39,127 nucleotides of DNA, from assembly GCA_046861385.1 (NCBI GenBank), contig JBHHTW010000020.1, forward strand, positions 1 to 39,127, written 5' to 3'. This DNA is from Fidelibacterota bacterium (GTDB lineage Bacteria; Fidelibacterota; Marinisomatia; Marinisomatales; TCS55). The position numbers were made by a program, and so were the translations under genes. This document shows positions 28,001-34,418 of this stretch, one piece after another; the stretch's first letter is position 1, and the number at the start of each line of letters is the position of its first letter. The notes under the pieces are model-generated. The model searched no databases and was not told the DNA's origin. It saw nothing but the letters and a program-made list of their open reading frames with translations.

Positions 28001-28152
28001 TATGTATTGGAAACGACAATATTTACACCGGCCAATCCTTCATTTGTTTTCTGATCGGTTACTCTGCCGGCAATTTTGCCAGAAGTACCTGCAAAAATAA
28101 ACGAACTGACGATGAAAATAATAAAAAATCGTTGATTAATTTTATTGGTCAT
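25006..28152 (-). CDS. TonB-dependent receptor 1 with N-terminal carboxypeptidase-regulatory-like domain
   Basis: 'GTSGKIAGRVTD', 'GIRGSG', 'TGGFNAEYNNVRGGIINVVSKEG', 'YFQDKIEF', 'PRLAISHPL...LYFNYGHY' and a terminal Phe. Confidence 0.92.
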   Translation of the reverse strand: MTNKINQRFFIIFIVSSFIFAGTSGKIAGRVTDQKTNEGLAGVNIVVSNTYYGAATDLDGYYTILNIPPGLYDINISMIGYKQTTVRDVRVEIDLTTTIDLKLEADILEGESVEVIAGNRILKVDVAASQLSMTGDEIDQLPVSTLGDVVGLKAGITSSFGIRGSGSDQTMLLLDGVALRDARNDAPVTGIPLSSIQEVSIQTGGFNAEYNNVRGGIINVVSKEGDPKKYSATISTKYSPPASKHFGETVYSENSFWLYPYLNDSTAWYGTDPAVAPWDEYDERQYASFDGWVAISQATLSDDDPTNDLTPSAAKRIFEWQYRKDGNIHKPDYVVDFGFGGPVPIISPLLGGLRFFYSRVEENNMYLFSLATEGTHSVGNVLKLTSDLSNNMKLSVSALWNEITGTSASRVGGTSYYSSVVGVSNIVDRTGFTIPWRIFTNDYFSETERFNATYGITLSHILSSKSYYELRLQQSKNTYKTGPGRRRNTTELTEIFPNYFIDEQPFGFEQEFLSSIEGGITLGGPISTSRDSTEVSSISIAGDYTNQFNQNNQIRTGFNLTSYKLEMKYGSINKVLEEGNRWTEFNTSPFRLNAYFQDKIEFRGLVAILGLNGEYYDPNGNWFKFDQFDSDFYYTSEEEIWDSEYAKDAKPVITLNPRLAISHPLTDNSKLYFNYGHYNQSATSEALYRIQRRSTGAIKYLGDPSLEPAMTISYELGFDRSMLDMYLLHIAAYYKDVTNEQDWTQIFTSDDKITSYIMTNNLYEDIRGIEIELSKNFGEWYTGMINYEYRVSTKGYFDLNKRYENPSDQSDYEKKNRYQKKPLPRPRAKGYLNLFTPLDFGPKIVSFRPLAAWNMNFIGRYTSGEWFKWNPGIITGIDNNVQWKDTYGLDLKISRTLIFNNISIKVFADVNNVLNLKDFSANSFENKDDYEYYMKSLHLPASIGDKLRYGNIPGDDRPGEVRPDDVAFVPIESYPRLDNVTGNDRALYWDQSQEEYFQYQDGVWVEADRSFVKQVLKDKAYIDMPNQTYYTFLNPRDIFIGLNISYNF

Positions 28153-28520
28153 TTGATAATTTCATTTGGTTTTTTTGAATTTGGAAAAGTCTATTCTCGA
28201 TAATGACAGTGAAATATTTCAACAAAGATAATTATTTGAGTTTAACATTACAAGTGGACTTTAAACGAAAAATTAAAAAGTTAATTCCTCGATCGATAAC
28301 ATGCTGTTTTTCCTCATCAATAGTTTCTTTTACGTATTTCTTATTCTAAGATACGGCATTGGAAAGAATTGACATGAACGCGGATCTTTTATTAGGAACT
28401 CTGTTTTCAGATATTCGTTTTAGAATGGTGTGAAGTAATCCTGTGGTCCAGATTTTCTAATTTTTTGATTGCTGCATATTGGTGTAATTTATTCTTGATA
28501 ATTTATTCAAAAGACAGAAA
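28153..28520. promoter_or_regulatory. AT-rich divergent promoter region (uptake cluster 1 versus MORN2-lysA)
   Basis: 368-bp non-coding AT-rich gap between divergently oriented genes. Individual promoter boxes are not resolved. Confidence 0.5.
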
Positions 28521-28931
28521 ATGATGAACATCGGTAAAATTCAAATATGTTTCCTCTTACTCCTTATAGGATGCAGTACATCAGACTCTGGTAAAAAGGT
28601 TATTGTAGCAACCTATCCTGATGGTACACCCAAATTAATTCGAGTGTATTATGAGAAAACGGATGAAATTTTGGAATCCAATTATTATTTCAATAGCGTT
28701 CAAGAGCGAGAGCGAACTCTAAAGAATGGTTATCCAAACGGCGCTTGGCTGGAATGGCATAAAAATGGGCAACTTAAGTTTGAAAAGAATTACAGCAACG
28801 GAGAAATGGATGGCTTACAAAAAGGATGGTACATGGACGGAAGACTGTTTTTTGAATCAAATTACGAAAAGGGGAATCTGGTCAGTCGCACGATTTACAA
28901 TCACGATGGCACCATTAAATCTACTTTATAA
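28521..28931 (+). CDS. MORN2-repeat (YwqK-like) lipoprotein
   Basis: Lipobox 'LIGC'. Repeats 'NGAWLEWHKNGQLKFEKNYSNGEMDGLQKGWYMDGRLFFESNYEKG'. Confidence 0.8.
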   Translation: MMNIGKIQICFLLLLIGCSTSDSGKKVIVATYPDGTPKLIRVYYEKTDEILESNYYFNSVQERERTLKNGYPNGAWLEWHKNGQLKFEKNYSNGEMDGLQKGWYMDGRLFFESNYEKGNLVSRTIYNHDGTIKSTL

Positions 28932-28988
28932 GTAATGGAATAAATACTATCAAGTAAATTCAAATATTAAAATAAACTACTGAAATAA

Positions 28989-30239
28989 ATGCACCCATTA
29001 ATTAACACAGTAAATAATAAACAGCCATTGTTGAGCGTGATAGAACAATACGGTAGTCCTGTCTATATTTATTCCGGAGAACAAATAAAGAAAAACCTGG
29101 ATAAATTGGACTCTGCATTAAATCAACATTTCCAAAAATATCATATTTGTTACGCCGTAAAAGCCAATAGTAATCCACATCTTCTTCAATTAATGAAATC
29201 ACATTTACCCAGATTAGGAGCTGATTGCTCAAGTCCCGGAGAAATTCATGCTTCAAAACTCGGCGGTATGCTACCAAATGAATGTATTTATACAGGGAAT
29301 TATGAATCTCCTGACGATTTGAAAGCTGCCTTGAATGCAGGTGTTCATTTGAACCTTGATGATATTAATTCCTTTTATCGATTAATGAAAATAGGTGTCC
29401 CAGAAGAGATTTCGTTTAGATTAAATCCCGGATTTGGAAAAGGCTCCTTTTCTCAAATTATTACGGGAGGAAAAAAAGCAAAATTCGGCGTTCCCCATTA
29501 CGATATTATTAATGCGTACAGAATTGCAAAAGAAAATGGCATTACAAAATTCGGTATCCAATGCATGACCGGATCCGGTATATTGGACCCAGCTTATTTT
29601 AGTGAATTGATCACAGCCATTCTAAAGACTGTTAAAGCTATACATAAGGAATTGGACATCCAAATGAGTTTTATCAGTATGGGTGGAGGTTTAGGCATTC
29701 CCTATAATGATGAAGAATCACCCCTTGATTTTAACCGGATTTTTTCGGGGGTTTCACAAATATATAATAATCATTTTGAAAAAGAGAATATTGTCTCTCC
29801 GGAATTATGGATTGAGCCTGGAAAATCCATTATCGGCGATACATGTTTTTTGTTAACAACAGTCACGGGCGTAAAGAATAGTTATCAAACATTTATCGGA
29901 TTGGACGCCGGTATGGAAAAATTCATGCGACCCGTATTATACGGAGCATATCATCGTATTTATAAAGTGGGTGAGCCGGATGCCCCCATTAAACTAACGG
30001 CTGATTTTACCGGTCAAATTTGTGAGAATACTGATAGATTGGCTGTCGATCGAAAATTCCCATCAGTTCAGGAAGGTGATTTAATTGCGATTATGGATGC
30101 AGGGGCATACGGATTTTCAATGTCTCATAATTTTAATACAAGACCTCGAGCAGCTGAAGTTTTGCTGGAAGGCAATCAATCCCGGCTAATCAGAAAAAGG
30201 GAGACTATAGAAGATATCTTTCGGACTTGTGAAATATAA
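28989..30239 (+). CDS. lysA: Diaminopimelate decarboxylase
   Basis: 'YGSPVYIY', PLP lysine in 'YAVKANSN', 'AKFGV', 'MGGGLGIPY', 'IEPGKSI', 'RPVLYGAYH', 'GQICENTD' and 'AGAYGFSMSHNFNTRPRAAEV'. Confidence 0.93.
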   Translation: MHPLINTVNNKQPLLSVIEQYGSPVYIYSGEQIKKNLDKLDSALNQHFQKYHICYAVKANSNPHLLQLMKSHLPRLGADCSSPGEIHASKLGGMLPNECIYTGNYESPDDLKAALNAGVHLNLDDINSFYRLMKIGVPEEISFRLNPGFGKGSFSQIITGGKKAKFGVPHYDIINAYRIAKENGITKFGIQCMTGSGILDPAYFSELITAILKTVKAIHKELDIQMSFISMGGGLGIPYNDEESPLDFNRIFSGVSQIYNNHFEKENIVSPELWIEPGKSIIGDTCFLLTTVTGVKNSYQTFIGLDAGMEKFMRPVLYGAYHRIYKVGEPDAPIKLTADFTGQICENTDRLAVDRKFPSVQEGDLIAIMDAGAYGFSMSHNFNTRPRAAEVLLEGNQSRLIRKRETIEDIFRTCEI

Positions 30240-30275
30240 TATACTATTGTTGATATTGTAATTACCCTGTAATTG

Positions 30276-31292
30276 CTAAAACCCAAATGATAAAGATAAC
30301 TGATTTACATTTTTGAGATGGCCAAAATCCGTTAGAGAGTAATCGATATTTAGTTTATTTGTTCCTACGGGAATTTTAATTCCACCGCCAAATGCAGCTG
30401 TACCAACAGCTTTTACTTGACCAATATGTCGACTTCCTGCGCGAATTGAAATCATATTCAAGATAGTCAATTCCATTCCCACATTGAAAAATTCAACATT
30501 ATCATTCGGATGGACTATATCAATAGCCAACAAAGATTTTATTTTTTCATTTGTGTAAATATCTAAAGCAAAACTGGTGGTTAAACTCATGGGTATATCC
30601 CATTCCTCCAGTTCTAATTCGGCTCGGATGAACTCATTGTTTCCTTTAACAACTGGATCTGGATCAGTCGTAACCAGATTAGCTCGTCCTGAGAACTTCA
30701 TGGAAGTTCCATAATTGCTGAGAATAAAACCAATTCGAAAATTTCGCCATTCAGAATGATAAATTGAGCCCACATTAATCGCCAAAGATGAAGCAGACAT
30801 TGACCAAATTCGTTCATGAATATATTTTCCAACAACACCAAATGCGAATCTATCGGTAACACTTTTTCCAAAAGCCAAACCCACAGAAAAATCACCTCCA
30901 TCAAAGAATTCTCCGGTTCCTTCAGGTTGGGTTACTGTTGTTACTTCATCTTTCGGAATCGTCACTGATGTTGCATATAAACCCACAGCTCCAACACCGG
31001 GTAAAGGAATTGAAAATGTGAAGTTGCTGCAATTGATCCCTGCAATCCAATTAATATGGCTTGCTGATATTTCGCCCTGAGAAATAAATGCCAAACCAGC
31101 AGGATTCCAATAAACTGATGATGCATCATCAACAATTGCGGTGGCTGCATCTCCCATACCTGTTCCACGTGCACCCATACCGATTTTTAAAAATTGAGCA
31201 GTTGTAGTACCAGATTTGGTAATTGTTTGTGAATTTCCAAAGGATAATCCAATGAGTAAAACAAAAATAACATTGTAAATAATATTCTTCAT
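30276..31292 (-). CDS. PorV/PorQ-family outer-membrane beta-barrel, copy 2
   Basis: 'GTTTAQFLKIGMGARGTGMGDA...DASSVYWNPAGLA', 'TDRFAFG' and 'IDYSLTDFGHLKNVNQLSLSFGF'. ATGA overlap with the upstream partner gene. Confidence 0.88.
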   Translation of the reverse strand: MKNIIYNVIFVLLIGLSFGNSQTITKSGTTTAQFLKIGMGARGTGMGDAATAIVDDASSVYWNPAGLAFISQGEISASHINWIAGINCSNFTFSIPLPGVGAVGLYATSVTIPKDEVTTVTQPEGTGEFFDGGDFSVGLAFGKSVTDRFAFGVVGKYIHERIWSMSASSLAINVGSIYHSEWRNFRIGFILSNYGTSMKFSGRANLVTTDPDPVVKGNNEFIRAELELEEWDIPMSLTTSFALDIYTNEKIKSLLAIDIVHPNDNVEFFNVGMELTILNMISIRAGSRHIGQVKAVGTAAFGGGIKIPVGTNKLNIDYSLTDFGHLKNVNQLSLSFGF

Positions 31293-34200
31293 TTTATCAC
31301 CGCCAATCTTCCAATATGTTCAGCTCCACCATCAGATTTAACATGATACACATAATATCCTGCGGCGATGTCCTGATCTTCGCTATTTAAGAGATTCCAG
31401 GACTCAGTACCATCAAACAATGTTCCTGAATGATTAATAGTTTTCACATGGTCTCCGGCAATTGTATAGATATTTATTTCACATTTTTGAGGAAGATGGA
31501 TAAAATCAACTCTTCTCTCACCTCTTCCCATCGAAAATACTGCAGGTGGCGCTACTTCAAAACTGGATGAAGCAACATATGGATTTGGCACTACTTTGAT
31601 TCTATCCATTTCATCACCCACATTATCCACATTAACCACAGGGTTTAAAAACGTAATTTTATAACTATCCGTTGACTCCAAAGTACAGAATGGTTTTGAA
31701 GTATAAAATTTTAATCTGGCACCATCTGGTGGTGTTACAAATGGAGAATCTATCGTAACGGCCCAACTGGGAGTTGGTGTTCCATTAAATGAAAACACTG
31801 GAGTGATTTTATCACCAATACTTACTTCACCGTCGCTATCATTATCCTCAAACAAGACATCCAATTGCAGATCATCATCAATATTTATTGCTTTGAAGCG
31901 AACAGGTTGTGGATTGATAAAAACGGATGTGTCCAAAATAACATCTGAAAATTCGATTATCATATCTCTTGGATAAAGCATTCCTCCAAAAGTGCTCAAT
32001 GCATATGAAAAATCAAAATATTTAGTTGCATTAACTTGTCCATTCGAATCTATCCATTTAATTGAATCTAGCGAAGGTACATCTAGATCAAGGATATAAA
32101 CCTCGTATGGACCTAGGGGAAGAATTTTATTCCACCCTTTGTACAGCTCATTTAATGAGAGCGCATCCCATACAACTGTTGTATCATTGCTTGTATCATT
32201 CAGCGAAATCATTTCCGCATGAATATAATTATCATTACCCAGAGGATATATAGAGACATTATATGTTATATCTGAATCAAGGTTGATATAATCCAACATT
32301 GACACTTCAAATTTTGCATCTGAAAATCCTTCAAAATGGTCAATGTTATATTCAGCTTTCTGATATCCCGCTACCGGTCCGTTTGGAACAACCTCAACCA
32401 CATTTGTCTCCCCAATGGTTCTGGAACACTCTAGTGGTGCAAGATTTCCATCAATACTTCCCCTATCATAAGCAGTAACTGCATAATAATATGTCAAACC
32501 ATTTACAACAGGCGTATCAACAAGTGCCCGATATAGTCCTGTATTTTTCCCCATATCAAAATGATAACCCTCTGCAGAAGGAACGGGGTGAGGTCCTTCA
32601 TATTCATTATCATAATCATATTGTGCAATGGGAATATATCCCACCACAATACCTTGATTATTTGTAATCTCGTCGCCCCATTCGCCCTTAACTAAACTAC
32701 GATATACCTTATATCCCTCGAAGTCAACACCATTGACTGCATCCACTGATCGTTCGGATAAATCATCCCAGATTAATGTAACTTTATTATTACCGGGTAT
32801 GGCAACGACGTTTGGCTTATCGGGTGGTTTTGTAAAATTAAAGTTCAGTTTATATATCCAATCAGCTACCTGAGCATTTCCAATCAAATCGTCTTTCCCT
32901 TGTCCCATAATTAACGCTATCGAAAACCGTTTGATTTCCTCAGGATCTAAAGAGAAATATCCAGACCCAAAAATAAAAATGTTATCGGCTTCTTGGGCAA
33001 TATCGTCGCCTGTTGCGAATGTACCGGGTTTCATTCGTAACCACATTCTAGCGTCTTGTTGAGCTTCTTCCTGACCATAGATGGGAGCCCAGAAACTGGT
33101 AATACCAAGCATATCCGACTCATCTCCATCTGTTAATTCATAATCCGGTTCTCCGTCATCAGGAATTCCATTGCCATTCAGATCGTCACTTTTTCCATCT
33201 AAATCACCCCAATCATCAATACGCCCATCACCATCATCATCGATTCCATTCCACATTTTTGAATCCCAGTAATCTTTCGCTTCCGCTACATCTGCTAATG
33301 CTTCCTCATCAGTGGCATCCCAATCTCCGTCATCATCAAAATCATTATACTGACTCTCATCAATAAAACCATCAAGATCATTATCGATATCATCGTTATC
33401 TATACCAGGACTTTCAAGGAATTTAAAACCCAACCATCCTAATTCTTCCCAAGGAATATTATAGTCATTTCCGGATCCTTCCTTATCCCACGCATAAACC
33501 ATACCACTCACGTCCACAGTCTCACCGGTGTAACTGTCTAAACCGGTGTTATCAACAAACCCGGCATAATCATCTGCAAAATCTCCACCACCGCCGATAT
33601 GAGGGTCACCTATCATTCCGACGACGACTTTTTCCAACCGCTTTTCAGATATATTTTTTACTTCATATTGAAAAAAGATAATATCCTCAGCGACTGTGGC
33701 GGCGTACTGATAACCCCGTACGGTTACTTCTACACCTAATCCCCGAATTGAAGAATCTGACGGTACCGGATAATATTCGAATTCATCGTTATACCGATCA
33801 TCCATTTTATAATAGCTTTCCATATCAGCAACGATTACATCATTTCCAAATTGACCGGGCCATTGTAAAAAGCCATCTTCATCAGAAGGAAATAGGTCTC
33901 CCCATGTTTCAGACTTATTGGATACTGCAATGTCTTCATCACCGGCATAAGCATAACCGGGTAATGGTTCCCATCCGACTACTTGTGCTCCAGGGCTCGC
34001 TTCACCCCCGTCAAGCATCCCGTCTGAAAATATTACAATTGTGTCTCCATCAATATCAACAACCTCTGCTCCGACTACTGCACCAAATTCATATGCATAA
34101 CCATGACCAGAATATGAGGGCCATTCAAGTGAAGGCTCAGTATTAGGCCTGCCGATAGAGCCATAATTGTAGAAAAGAGTTCGGATGCTATTCCCTTCAT

Positions 34201-34408
34201 GCATGCCAAATTTGCGATCATCATGAGCCATCGTTTTTGTCATCCTTTGATTCTTTTTTGCAGCCATATATGTATCAAAATCCTGTTTTGACCAAGTTTT
34301 CATTGAACCATCGGGTCTTTTAAGTGGTTGCGAGAATAGAAAAGAGATCGCAATTATAGAAAAAATAATATTTCGAGAACTGCCTGTATTACTATTAATT
34401 ATTTGCAT
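31289..34408 (-). CDS. Large uncharacterised TBDR-partner protein 3 with Asp-rich Ca-binding repeats, FN3-like domain and variant CTD ('IKVVPNPY')
   Basis: ATG at 34408 with AGGGA 7 nt upstream (the ORF track starts at 34441). Signal-like segment; DxDxDG repeats; 'KVTLIWDD...FEGYKVYRS...NGLTYYYAVTAYD'; CTD 'IKVVPNPY...FIHLPQKCEINIYTIAGDHV...IAAGYYVYHV...GRLAVIK'. Confidence 0.82.
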   Translation of the reverse strand: MQIINSNTGSSRNIIFSIIAISFLFSQPLKRPDGSMKTWSKQDFDTYMAAKKNQRMTKTMAHDDRKFGMHEGNSIRTLFYNYGSIGRPNTEPSLEWPSYSGHGYAYEFGAVVGAEVVDIDGDTIVIFSDGMLDGGEASPGAQVVGWEPLPGYAYAGDEDIAVSNKSETWGDLFPSDEDGFLQWPGQFGNDVIVADMESYYKMDDRYNDEFEYYPVPSDSSIRGLGVEVTVRGYQYAATVAEDIIFFQYEVKNISEKRLEKVVVGMIGDPHIGGGGDFADDYAGFVDNTGLDSYTGETVDVSGMVYAWDKEGSGNDYNIPWEELGWLGFKFLESPGIDNDDIDNDLDGFIDESQYNDFDDDGDWDATDEEALADVAEAKDYWDSKMWNGIDDDGDGRIDDWGDLDGKSDDLNGNGIPDDGEPDYELTDGDESDMLGITSFWAPIYGQEEAQQDARMWLRMKPGTFATGDDIAQEADNIFIFGSGYFSLDPEEIKRFSIALIMGQGKDDLIGNAQVADWIYKLNFNFTKPPDKPNVVAIPGNNKVTLIWDDLSERSVDAVNGVDFEGYKVYRSLVKGEWGDEITNNQGIVVGYIPIAQYDYDNEYEGPHPVPSAEGYHFDMGKNTGLYRALVDTPVVNGLTYYYAVTAYDRGSIDGNLAPLECSRTIGETNVVEVVPNGPVAGYQKAEYNIDHFEGFSDAKFEVSMLDYINLDSDITYNVSIYPLGNDNYIHAEMISLNDTSNDTTVVWDALSLNELYKGWNKILPLGPYEVYILDLDVPSLDSIKWIDSNGQVNATKYFDFSYALSTFGGMLYPRDMIIEFSDVILDTSVFINPQPVRFKAINIDDDLQLDVLFEDNDSDGEVSIGDKITPVFSFNGTPTPSWAVTIDSPFVTPPDGARLKFYTSKPFCTLESTDSYKITFLNPVVNVDNVGDEMDRIKVVPNPYVASSSFEVAPPAVFSMGRGERRVDFIHLPQKCEINIYTIAGDHVKTINHSGTLFDGTESWNLLNSEDQDIAAGYYVYHVKSDGGAEHIGRLAVIK

Positions 34409-34418
34409 TATCAAATCC

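Noticed and set aside
28521-28931. Toxin-antitoxin module based on the YwqK-like repeat
   Set aside because: No adjacent toxin gene, and MORN2 repeats are common in unrelated exported proteins.
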